Shown piece by piece: positions 43,101-54,689 of a stretch of DNA of 64,000 bases. The DNA comes from an uncultured Phycisphaerales bacterium (GTDB taxonomy: Bacteria > Planctomycetota > Phycisphaerae > Tepidisphaerales > Tepidisphaeraceae): positions 79,967 to 143,966 of the forward strand of contig CAWJPJ010000001.1 of the NCBI GenBank assembly GCA_963844715.1, given 5' to 3'. The position numbers and the translations under genes are program-made. Numbering within the stretch: the stretch's first letter is position 1; the number at the start of each line of letters is the position of its first letter. Below the pieces are notes generated by a model. It was not told where the DNA came from. It was given only the letters and a program-made list of their open reading frames with translations, and did not search any database.

Positions 43101-46100
43101 CCGGACCAGGACCGTTGGCGTCGGGATCGGTACAGCGCTGTGAATGCGGCCGCCGGCGTGGCGACGTTCAACAACCTGACTCTCGACACCGCCGGCAGCT
43201 ATACCCTCAAAGCAACCGATTCCAGCGACAGCCTCACGAGCCCGGTCTCCAATTCATTCACGATCACCCCCGCCACCGCGTCGCAACTCGTTTTCACCAT
43301 ACCTCCCACAAGCGGCACAGCCGGTTCGCCTCTCTCATCCGTCGCCCTCAGCATCGAGGATCGATTCGGAAACGTCGAGACGGGCGATACATCGAGCGTT
43401 TCGATCTCCCCGACCGGGCCGGGGGCGTTCACGGGAGGTTCCACAACCAGCGTGACTGCTTCCGCCGGCGTCGCGAATTTCAGCAATCTCGTCCTCGACA
43501 CCTCCGGAAGCTACACGCTCAAAGCGACGGACACCGCCGACAGCCTCACCAGCGCCGCCTCCAACAGTTTCAACGTCGCGGCCGCTACCTCGAACAAACT
43601 GGTCTTCACCCAGGAATCGACCGCCGTCACGGCCGGCGTGGCGATCACCCCGTCCGTCGTCGTCAAAATCGAGGACGAGAACGGAAACGTCCTGACCAGC
43701 GACACATCCAACGTGACGCTCACCGTTCAATCCGGCCCCGGCTCCCTTGTCGGCGGAACCGTCACGGCGCAAGCCTCGGGCGGCGTCGCCACGTTCAGCA
43801 ATCTGATCCTCGACACCGCCGGAGCGTACATGCTCTCCGCTTCCGACGGCACGGATGGACTAAGCAATTTCGCCTCGACAAGCTTCACGGTGTCCCCCAC
43901 GACGGCCGGCAAATTGGTCATCACCACCCAGCCGACCGGCGGCACCGCCGGCAAGGCAATCGCATCCGTCACCTTCACGATCGAAGATCAATTCAACAAC
44001 GTCGAAACGAGTGATAGCTCCAGCGTCCTGGTGTCCGCCGGCGGGCCGGGGTCTCTGGCGGGCGGTTCGACGGCAAGCGTCGCGGCAAACAAAGGCGTGG
44101 CGACATTCAGTAATTTGATTCTCGACACCGCGGGCGGATATACGCTCAGCGCATCGGATTCCACCGACAGTGTCAGCCGCGGCGCGTCCAATAGCTTCAC
44201 GATCGCGCCCGCCACCGCGATGCAATTGATGTTCACGACTCCACCGACGAGCGGCACCGCCGGCTCCACGCTGTCGCCGGTTGCCCTGAGCATCGAGGAT
44301 GCATTCGGAAACGTCGAAACCGGCGATACGTCCACTGTCTCGATCGCCGCGACCGGGCCCGGGCTCTTGACTGGATCTTCCACCGCCAGTGTCAGCGCCA
44401 TCAAAGGCGTGGCCACATTCAGCAACCTCACCCTCGACACCGCCGGGTCCTACACGCTCAAAGGTACCGACGCCGCCGATTCCCTCGCCAGCGCCGCATC
44501 GGGTGCCTTCAACGTCAACCCCGCCTCGTCCGATAAACTCGTCTTCACGCAAGAGCCAACCAGCGTGATGGCGGGAAACGCGATCTCTCCCACCGTCACC
44601 GTCAAGATCGAGGACCAGAACGGCAACGTCCTGACCGGCGACGACTCCAACGTCTCCCTCACCGTAGATACCGGCCCAGGCGCCCTCGTCGGCGGAACCG
44701 TGACGGCGCAGGCTTCGGGCGGAATCGCCACCTTCAGCAATCTCGTCCTCGATACCGCCGGGGCCTACACCCTTTCAGCTTCCGACACCACCGACGGCTT
44801 GAGCAATTTCTCGTCCAGTTCCTTCACCGTCTCCCCCGCCGCCGCCAGTAAACTCGTCTTCACAACCGGGCCGGTCAATGGCACGGCCGGCTCGGCGATC
44901 TCGCAAGTGGCGCTCTCCATCGAAGACCAGTTCGGCAACGTCGAAATCGGCGATACCTCCAACGTCGTGATCTCGGCCGCCGGCCCCGGCGGCTATCGGC
45001 CGGCTCCACGACCACAGTCGCGGCAGTCAAAGGCGTCGCCACATTCAGCAATCTGGTCCTCGACACCACGGGCTCGTACACCCTCAGCGCTGCCGATTCG
45101 ACGGACAGCCTCAGCAGCGGCCCGTCCACGAGCTTTTCAATCTCGACCGGCTCCGGCGAAAAACTGGTCTTCACGGCCGGCCCCGCAAGCGCCACCGCCG
45201 GGAATTTGCTCTCGTCCATCTCCGTTTCGATCGAAGATCAATTCGGAAACGTCGAATCGGGCGATACGTCCGCCGTTTCGATCACCGCCAACGGCCCCGG
45301 TTCCTTCGCGGCCGGCTCGACCACCATCGCAAACGCCAGCGCCGGTGTGGCGACCTTCGGAAATCTCACTCTCGACACCGCAGGGAGCTACACGCTGACG
45401 GTCACCGATTCCGCCGACGGCATCCATGTTACGTCGGCCTCCATCACCATCTCCCCCACCGCGGCAAGCCAGTTGGTCTTCAGCGCTCAACCGACCGACG
45501 GAACCACGACCGCGCCCCTGGCGCCCATATCGGTCACCATCGAAGATCAATTTGGCAACCCCGAGACGAGCGACACCTCGGCGGTAAGTTTGACGATCAC
45601 CAGCGCCCCGTTCGGCGGCGCGTTCACGAATACCTCGACCCTCTCCGTCAACGCCGTTGCAGGCATTGCGACCTTCAGCAATCTCACTCTGAACACCGCC
45701 GGCAGCTACGCCTTCACGGCTTCGGACACGACGGACAGCATCACCAGTCCTGAATCGAATCGCTTCACCGTCACAACGCCGACCGTGACGGCTCCCGTCG
45801 CCAGCCAACTCGTCTTCCTCCAGCCGCCGACGGACATCACGGCCGGCGGAACGATCACCCCCGCGGTCACCGTTCAAATTGAGGATAGCGGCGGCGACGT
45901 CATGACCGGCGACGACTCCCAAGTGACGATCGCGATTGATACCGGCCCCTCCGGGGCGACTCTCGGCGGAACGCTCACCGTCGCCGCCAAGAATGGAGTC
46001 GCGACATTCTCCGATCTTTCGCTCGCAACCGCCGGGCAATACACGCTACAGGTTACCGACACCGCGGACGGCCTCACCAGCGCCGCGTCCAATGCCTTCA

Positions 46101-46798
46101 CGGTTAACCCCGTCGTTTCCACCGGCGTCGCCACGCATCTGGTCTTCATTCAGGAGCCGACCAGCGCGACGGCGGGAAGCACCCTCAGTTCCGTCATCGT
46201 CGCCGCCGAAGACCAGAACGGAAATATCGTCACCACCGACGACGCCACCGTGACGCTCGCGATCGACGGACCGAACCGCGACTTCCGAAGTTGGCATCAT
46301 CGCGGAAGCATGACCATCCAACTCGTCGACGGCGAAGCCACCTTCAGCGATCTTTCCCTCCGCCGCGCCGGCGCCTACACGTTGACCGCATACAGCCACG
46401 GATTGACTGGCGCCGTCTCCACGAGCTTCACGATCACCCCCGCCGCCGCGACGCACATGATCTTCCAGCGCGTCCCCTGCTTCACAACCGACGGCAAAAC
46501 TTTCGACGTCCAGATCGTTCTCGTCGATAAATATGGAAATATCGCCACGAACGACACCTCGACCATAACGCTTTCCCTCGGCAAATCCCCGTCCGGCGCC
46601 GCCCTGGGCGGAACGCTGACGGCAACCGTAACCAACGGCGTAGCGACGTTTTCCGGCCTCTCCGTAAACGATCCGGGAACCTACACCCTCGTCGCAACCG
46701 ACAGCAATTCCATCCCCGTTATCACTTCCGCCCCGTTTTGCGTCCCAGCCGCCCGGAATCCTTTCTTTCGCTGCTTCGGGTTCTTCCGTCGCTTTTAG
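40116..46798 (+). CDS. Giant secreted S53 (sedolisin-like) protease with LEPR-XLL motif and about 17 Ig-like repeats; split by about 4 frameshifts
   Basis: ETLESRILLS; EESLDVEW, ASTGD, GGTSLAAP, GYDLATGLGTP; repeats LVF..QP...TIEDQFGN...GVATFSNL.LDTAGSYTL. Confidence 0.85.
41400..46740 (+). repeat. About 17 tandem ~312-bp coding repeats (Ser/Thr-rich Ig-like modules)
   Basis: Recurring ATCGAAGATCAATTCGG and TTCAGCAATCTCGTCCTCGACAC motifs at ~310-bp spacing. Confidence 0.85.
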
Positions 46799-46903
46799 CG
46801 CGATGAATTTGAAAATAGTTTTTTTGGAACGCTTTTGTCGCGGCGTTCCGCGCCTAGCATTTTTATTGAGGGGAGGGGTTAACGCATACAAGCGAGGCGA
46901 ATC

Positions 46904-47272
46904 ATGCGCACTGAATCCATACCCCCGGAAAACTGGAGCAACTTCTTCAACGAATTCAATCGCGATCATCTCGACTGGCTCGTGACGATTGAAACCATGC
47001 AGAATGCCGAGTCGGAAACGCTCGCGGCGCAGCTTCCTTTTCAGGGAATCAGCTTCGACACCAAGGGCTCCCGCACCTCAAGCCTGGAAATCAGCGTTGG
47101 AGACGCCGGCAAACCGCACGTCGCCCACTGGGTGCATCTGCCGTTCCATATTCGCAAGGTCGAGAATCCCGACGGGAGCCTGCACGTGCTCATCGAGCCC
47201 GCGGACGGCGGGCCGACCATCGTGCACCTGCGGGCGCCGTCGTGCGCCCCCAAACCGGTCATGGAGTTGTGA
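46904..47272 (+). CDS. DUF5335-like protein
   Basis: IPPENWSNFFNEFNRDH...VTIE, LPFQGISFD; GAGG RBS. Confidence 0.65.
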   Translation: MRTESIPPENWSNFFNEFNRDHLDWLVTIETMQNAESETLAAQLPFQGISFDTKGSRTSSLEISVGDAGKPHVAHWVHLPFHIRKVENPDGSLHVLIEPADGGPTIVHLRAPSCAPKPVMEL

Positions 47273-47308
47273 ACCCAGCTGGCGGCCGGAGCGCTGAAAG
47301 GAAACGCG

Positions 47309-47521
47309 ATGAAACGGTGCGAATATTGCGGAAATGCCACGATCGATGAGAACTGGGCCCAGGGGCGCGATTTGGTGGTCCGAGCGCCGGACGGACCGCA
47401 TTATTTCTGCTCGAACGAATGCCTTTTGCGATTCGAACTGGACCGCGCCGAGATAGAAAGGCAGGATGAGCCGGAGCGGCGTCACGATCCCGTCACGCTT
47501 CCTCATCCTCACGCCGGTTGA
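47309..47521 (+). CDS. Small TRASH/YHS-like metal-binding protein
   Basis: CEYC...HYFCSNECL; AAGGA RBS. Confidence 0.55.
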   Translation: MKRCEYCGNATIDENWAQGRDLVVRAPDGPHYFCSNECLLRFELDRAEIERQDEPERRHDPVTLPHPHAG

Positions 47522-47538
47522 GGCGCGGCCGCAAATTA

Positions 47539-48045
47539 TCAAGCCAAACCCAGGGACCGGAAATACGCCGCCGCGAACGATCGGTCGGCCAGCGCCTCGA
47601 GCATCTGATCCTTACCCGCCCCGTTGGACGCAAAGGTCATCGTCGCCAGGAGCGGGCGCTCCTGAAGATGAACCAGATCGAACCCCGGCTCAAAGGGCGT
47701 CTGCCTAAGCTCGCGCACCAGATGCTTCTGCAATACGTCGACAGTCGTTGTGTCCGCATTGGGGTCCCGCCCGGCAAGCAGCAGGCTCAGCGAAACCAAT
47801 TCCCCCGTCGAGCGCCGAAGCGTGGCGATTCCCGCGCTGGCCGCCGTCGAACGCCAGCGCAACATGGCCAGGCCTTCGTCCGTAAGCGGGATTTCCAGCA
47901 CCTCAGCCTTTTTCTCTAACTCTTTTGAAAACCTGGAGATAAGATCGCCCGCCCCGGGAATCTGCTGGAGAAGGGCGTAATCGTACTGCGTTACTTCGCG
48001 AAGCTCCCCTTGCGCGTTGAGGTCCGCGACGTAAAACGCCCGCAT
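47539..48045 (-). CDS. Hypothetical protein
   Basis: 168-aa ORF with purine-rich RBS and plausible composition. Confidence 0.55.
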   Translation of the reverse strand: MRAFYVADLNAQGELREVTQYDYALLQQIPGAGDLISRFSKELEKKAEVLEIPLTDEGLAMLRWRSTAASAGIATLRRSTGELVSLSLLLAGRDPNADTTTVDVLQKHLVRELRQTPFEPGFDLVHLQERPLLATMTFASNGAGKDQMLEALADRSFAAAYFRSLGLA

Positions 48046-48250
48046 CGAGATATTTCCCTTCTCTTTTGCCCCCTATTTTCCATCAATACTTCGCGATTCG
48101 TCAACGTATGAATTTTGTTGAATCGCAGATTTTTCCCGTTGCCAAATTTGCCGTTGGCAGCCTAATTTGGGGGCAGCGGTCCGTCTGCGCGGACGGACTG
48201 TTTCGAGGGCTTTCCAAGCAGGCTATGCCTTACAAGTTGGAGATATAACC

Positions 48251-51200
48251 ATGAAGCGCGCCACAGCTAATGGCGAAATGCGTTCAACCAAAGGGGACAA
48301 TAAATCGGGGCGTGGGGATGGAAACGGACACGATCGTCCGCGCCGGCCCGAGGAACTCACCGGCCAGCCTTCAATCATTGATTTGCTCGGCCCGCAAATG
48401 ACCCCGGAGCTGAGCAAGAAGATTCTCCTCACCGCGCTGATCGCGCTGAAGAAGGGTGACTTCACCACGCGCCTGCCGGTGGATCTGCCGGGGATGGATG
48501 GAAAGATCGCCGACGCCTTCAACGAAGTCGTCGAGTTGAACCAGCACATGGCCGACGAGTTGGAGCGGCTCAGCCGCGTCGTGGGTAAGGAAGGAAAGCT
48601 CTCGCACATGCGCGCGCATGGGCGACGTGACCGGTTCGTGGAAAGACTCGATCGATTCGGTGAACACGCTGATCGGCGACCTGGTTTATCCCGTCAGCGA
48701 AACCTCTCGCGTGATCGGCGCCGTCGCCAAGGGAGACCTCTCGCAAACCATGGCGATGGAGATCGAGGGCCGGCCCCTGGCCGGGGAATTCCTGCGCACT
48801 GCCGCGCACCGTGAACACGATGGTGGAGCAGCTCGGCAGCTTCGCCGCCGAAGTCACCCGCATGGCCCGCGAAGTCGGCACCGAAGGAAAACTCGGCGGC
48901 CAGGCCAAGGTCAAAGGCGTCGCCGGTAACTGGAAAGACCTCACCGACTCCGTGAACACCATGGCCGCGAACCTCACCGCCCAGGTGCGCGACATCGCCC
49001 AGGTGACCACCGCCGTCGCCAACGGCGACCTCTCCAAGAAGATCACCGTCGACGTGAAGGGCGAAATTCTCGAACTCAAGAACACGATCAACACCATGGT
49101 GGACCAGCTCCGCTCGTTCGCCTCGGAAGTGACCCGCGTCGCCCGCGAAGTCGGCACCGAAGGAAAACTCGGCGGTCAGGCCGACGTGAAAGGCGTCGCC
49201 GGTACGTGGAAGGACCTGACCGACTCCGTGAACCTGATGGCCGGCAACCTCACCGCCCAGGTGAGAAACATCGCCGTCGTGACGACCGCCGTCGCCAACG
49301 GCGACCTCTCCAAGAAGATCACCGTCGACGTGAAGGGGGAAATTCTCGAATTGAAAAACACCATCAACACGATGGTGGACCAGCTCAACAGCTTCGCCTC
49401 GGAAGTGACCCGCGTGGCCCGCGAAGTCGGCACCGAAGGAAAACTCGGCGGCCAGGCCGACGTGCGCGGCGTCGCCGGTACGTGGAAAGACCTCACCGAC
49501 TCCGTGAATTCGATGGCCGGCAACCTCACCTCCCAGGTGCGAAACATCGCCCAGGTGACCACCGCCGTCGCCAACGGCGACCTCTCCAAGAAAATCACCG
49601 TCGACGTCAAAGGCGAAATTCTCGAACTCAAAAACACCATCAACACCATGGTGGACCAGCTTTCCAGCTTCGCGGCGGAAGTGACTCGCGTGGCCCGCGA
49701 AGTGGGCACCGAAGGAAAACTCGGCGGTCAGGCCGACGTGCGCGGCGTCGCCGGCACGTGGAAGGACCTCACCGACAACGTGAACCTGATGGCCGGTAAC
49801 CTCACCTCCCAGGTGCAGAAACATCGCCGACGTGACCAAAGCCGTCGCGGCCGGCGACCTCTCCAAGAAAATCACCGTCGACGTCAAAGGGGAAATTCTC
49901 GAATTGAAAAACACCGTCAACACCATGGTGGACCAGCTTTCCAGCTTCGCGGCGGAAGTGACCCGCGTGGCCCGCGAAGTCGGCACCGAAGGAAAACTCG
50001 GCGGCCAGGCCGAAGTCCGCGGCGTCTCCGGCACCTGGAAAGACCTCACCGACTCCGTGAACTCGATGGGTTCCAACCTCACGGTCCAGCTTCGCGACGT
50101 GTCGAAGGTGGCCACGTCCATCGCCAACGGCGACCTCACCCAGAAAATCACCGTCGACGCGCGCGGCGAAATTCTCCAGATCAAAAACGTCATCAACACC
50201 ATGGTGGACCAGCTTTCCAGCTCTTCGCCTCGGAAGTGACTGCGCGTGGCCCGCGAAGTGGGCACCGAAGGAGAACTGGGCGGGCAGGCCGAAGTGAAAG
50301 GCGTCGCCGGTACGTGGAAGGACCTCACCGACTCCGTGAACTCCATGGCCTCGAACCTCACCGGCCAGGTGCGAAACATCGCCGAAGTGACAACCGCCGT
50401 CGCCAAGGGAGACTTGTCCAAGAAGATCACCGTGCCCGTGAAAGGCGAAATTCTCGAACTGAAAAACACCATCAACACGATGGTGGACCAGCTCAACAGC
50501 TTCGCATCCGAAGTGACGCGCGTGGCCCGCGAAGTGGGCACCGAAGGAAAACTCGGCGGCCAGGCCGACGTGCGCGGCGTCGCCGGCACCTGGAAAGACC
50601 TCACCGACTCCGTGAACTCCATGGCATCGAACCTGACCGCCCAGGTGCGCAACATCGCCGACGTGACCACCGCCGTCGCCAACGGCGATCTCTCCAAGAA
50701 AATCACCGTCGACGTGAAAGGCGAAATCCTCGAATTGAAAAACACCATCAACACGATGGTGGACCAGCTCACTCGCTTCGCCGCGGAAGTGACGCGCATG
50801 GCCCGCGAAGTGGGTACCGAAGGAAAACTCGGCGGCCAGGCCGAAGTGAAAGGCGTCGCCGGTACGTGGAAGGACCTTACCGACTCCGTGAACTTCATGG
50901 CCCGCAACCTCACCGACCAGGTGCGAAACATCGCCGACGTGACCAAAGCCGTCGCCGCCGGCGACCTCTCCAAGAAGATCACCGTCGACGTGAAAGGCGA
51001 AATCTTGGAACTGAAAAACACCGTCAACACCATGGTGGACCAGCTTCGCTCGTTCGCCTCGGAAGTGACCCGCGTGGCCCGCGAAGTGGGCACCGAAGGA
51101 AAACTCGGCGGGCAGGCCAACGTCCCGGGCGTCGCCGGCACCTGGAAGGACCTGACCGACAACGTGAACTTCATGGCCCGCAACCTGACCGACCAGGTGC

Positions 51201-54200
51201 GAAACATCGCCACCGTCACGACGGCCGTCGCGCACGGCGACCTCACCCAGAAAATCACCGTCGACGTGGCGCGGGGAAATTCTCGAACTGAAACAAACCA
51301 TCAACACGATGGTGGACCAGCTCAACAGCTTCGCCTCCGAAGTAACCCGCGTGGCCCGCGAAGTGGGCACCGAAGGAAAACTCGGCGGTCAGGCCGAAGT
51401 GAAAGGCGTCGCCGGCGTTTGGAAGGAACTCACCGACAACGTGAACTTCATGGCCGAACGCCTCACCAACCAGGTGCGCGACATCGCCAAGGTGGTGACC
51501 GCCGTCGCCAACGGCGATCTCAAGCGAAAGCTGACCGTGGAAGCCAAAGGCGAAATCGCCGAGCTCGCCGACACGATCAACAGCATGATCGACACGCTTG
51601 CGACGTTCGCCGATCAGGTGACCACCGTGGCCCGCGAAGTGGGCGTCGAAGGAAAACTGGGCGGGCAGGCCTCCGTGCCCGGCGCATCCGGAACCTGGCG
51701 CGACCTGACCGACAACGTGAACCAGCTCGCCGCGAATCTGACGACGCAGGTCCGCGCCATCGCCGAAGTGGCCACCGCCGTCACCAAGGGCGACCTGACT
51801 CGTTCCATCGCCGTCGCCGCCCAGGGCGAAGTCGCCGCCCTCAAGGACAACATCAACGAAATGATCCGAAACCTCCGCGAAACCACGCTCAAAAACGCGG
51901 AGCAGGACTGGCTCAAGACCAACCTCGCCAAATTCAGCCGAATGTTGCAGGGCCAGAAAGATCTGCTCACGGTCGGCCGCCTCATTCTGTCGGAACTGGC
52001 CCCCGTGGTCTCCGCCCAGCAGGCGGTCTTCTACATGATGGACAGCTCGTCGAAGACCGATGAGCCGTACCTGAAGATGCTCGCCAGCTACGCCTACAAG
52101 GAACGCAAGAATATCGACAACCGGTTCAAGCTCGGCGAAGGCCTCGTCGGCCAGTGCGCCCTGGAAAAGAAAAAGATTCTGCTCACCAACGTCCCGGGCG
52201 ATTACGTGCAGATCACCTCCGGCCTGGGCGAAGCCAAGCCGCTGAACATCATCGTGCTTCCGATCGTCTTCGAAGGCGACGTGAAAGCCGTCATGGAACT
52301 GGCCAGTTTCGACCGGTTCAGCCCGACCCACGAAACGTTCCTCGATCAGCTCACCGAATCGATCGGCATCGTGCTCAACACCATCGAAGCGAACATGAGA
52401 ACCGAAGACCTGCTCAAGCAGTCTCAGTCGCTGGCCCGCGAGCTGCAAAGCCAGCAGGAAGAACTTGCAGCAGACCAACGCCGAACTCGAAGACAAGGCC
52501 AAACTGCTCGCCGAGCAGAACGTCGAAGTGGAACGGAAGAACAAGGAAGTGGAACAGGCCCGCCAGGCCTTGGAAGAAAAAGCCAAGCAGCTTGCCCTCA
52601 CCTCGAAGTACAAGAGCGAATTCCTGGCCAACATGTCCCACGAGTTGCGCACGCCGCTCAACAGCTTGCTGATCCTTTCCGATCAGCTTTCCAAGAACGG
52701 CGAAGGAAACCTCACCGGCCGTCAGGTCGAGTTCGCCAGGACGATTCACTCCTCCGGCAACGATCTGCTCGGATTGATCAACGACATCCTCGACCTGTCG
52801 AAGATCGAATCCGGAACCGTCATCGTCGACGTCGGAAACATCACCTTCCGCGATATGCACGATTACGTCGATCGCACCTTCCGCCACGTGGCCGAGTCGA
52901 AGAAGCTGGAATTCGCTCGTCGATATGGGCCCGTCCCTGCCGCGCGACGTGCACACCGACGCCAAGCGCCTGCAGCAGATTCTCAAGAATCTGCTCTCCA
53001 ACGCCTTCAAGTTCACCGAAAAGGGAACCGTCGCGCCTGGAAGTCCGAACGGCGACGAGCGGCTGGAACCCCGAAAACCAGATGCTCTCCAAGGCCAAAT
53101 CCGTGATCGCCTTCTCGGTCCGCGATACCGGCATCGGAATCCCGCGTCGAAAAACAGGCCATCATCTTCGAGGCGTTCCAGCAGGCGGATGGAAGCACCA
53201 GCCGCAAATACGGCGGCACCGGCCTGGGTCTGGCGATCAGCCGCGAACTGGCCCAATTGCTCGGCGGCGAAATCCGGCTCTCCAGCGTGCCCGGCGCCGG
53301 CAGCACTTTCACCCTCTATCTGCCGCAGAGTTACGTTCCCCTCAAGCAGCCGCGCCGCAATCCGGAGCCGGCCATGCGCGGCCACGATGCGCCCGGCCGC
53401 GGCCGAGGTCGACGCCCGTCGCCGTCGAAGAGCCCTCCATTGAACAGACCGAACAGTTCGGCGACGAGCGCAGCAAGATCGCCAGCGAGCGATCAGGTTC
53501 TTCTGATCGTCGAAAATGACCCCAGCTTCGCCAAAATCCTGGTCGAGATGGCGCACGACAACCAGATGAAGGCGATCGTCACCTCGCGCGGCGCCTCGGC
53601 CATCGCGCTGGCGCGGGAACTCAACCCCGCACGCCATCACCCTGGACATCAACCTCCCCGATATCGACGGCTGGCGCGTGCTGGACCGTCTCAAGGACGA
53701 ACTGGCGACCCGCCACATCCCCGTCCACGTCATCACCACCGACGAGGAACGCGAGCGCGGTCTGCGCATCGGCGCGATCGGCGTGCTGACCAAGCCGATC
53801 CGCAACAAAGAAGCGCTCGACGAGGTCTTCGGCCGGATTCGCAAAGCCGTCAGCTCCGCCAAAGCGCCGGGTGCTCGTGGCGGTCTCCGCCGAGCAGGAG
53901 CGGAATCACCTCAGTGAAATGATCGACGCCCCGGACCTGTCGAAATCGTCCCCGCCGCCGACGGCGCCGCCGTCCGAGCGCGAACTCGACCGCGGCGCCC
54001 TTCGACCTGATGGTTCTCGGCTGGGATCAGCCCGACGTGAAATCGCTCGATCTCATCGAGTCGAATCCGCGAGAATCCGGCGCTGAGTCGAGCTTCCGGT
54101 CCTGCTTTATTCGACTTATTCGCACAGCATCAAGGAGGAAGCGCGCATCAAACATCTGACGCAGACGACGGTTCTGCGCGATGTTCGCTCGCCGGAGCGC

Positions 54201-54677
54201 CTCTTCGACGCGGCGGCGCTGATGCTGCATCGCCCGCTCAAGGCGATGGACGAGGAACAGCGCAGACGCTACTCAACGGCTTGTATCAGGCCGAGGCCGT
54301 GCTGACGGGAAGAAAGGTGCTGGTCGTCGACGACGACATCCGCAACATCTTCGCCATGACCAGCATCCTGGAGCCGTTCCAGATGCAGGTCGTTTCCGCC
54401 GAAACCGGACGCGAGGCGATCGATCTCCTGCAACGGATCGGCGACATCGACGTCGTGCTCATGGACATCATGATGCCGGACATGGACGGCCACGACACGA
54501 TGCGGGCGATTCGTAAAATGTCCAAGTTCCGCGCCATGCCGATCATCGCCTTGACCGCCAAGGCGATGAAAGGCGACCGCGAGAAGTGCATCGAAGCCGG
54601 AGCCTCGGACTACATTGCCAAGCCCGTGGATACGCAGCAGCTTCTGGGCTATGCTGCGGTTGTGGCTCCACCGGTAG
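48251..54677 (+). CDS. Poly-HAMP hybrid sensor histidine kinase (HAMP array-GAF-HisKA-HATPase-multiple REC), many frameshifts
   Basis: 92-aa repeats [78 protein letters not shown]. Confidence 0.92.
48811..51870 (+). repeat. About 11 tandem 276-bp HAMP-unit repeats
   Basis: AACAC(C/G)ATGGTGGACCAG recurs at ~276-bp spacing. Confidence 0.9.
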
Positions 54678-54689
54678 AATGGAAGGTTT

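Noticed and set aside
46826..46847. GGAAC...CGTT as an EcfG-type stress promoter
   Set aside because: The spacer is 13 nt, shorter than the usual 16-17 nt.
41400..51870. Regularly spaced repeats as a CRISPR or other non-coding array
   Set aside because: Periods of ~312 and 276 bp correspond to protein domain repeats; there are no unique spacers and no cas genes.
48694..52661. Very long minus-strand ORFs (also 12806-14230, 23517-25907 and 28562-29857 on the strand opposite real genes)
   Set aside because: Shadow ORFs caused by high-GC codon bias of the real genes.
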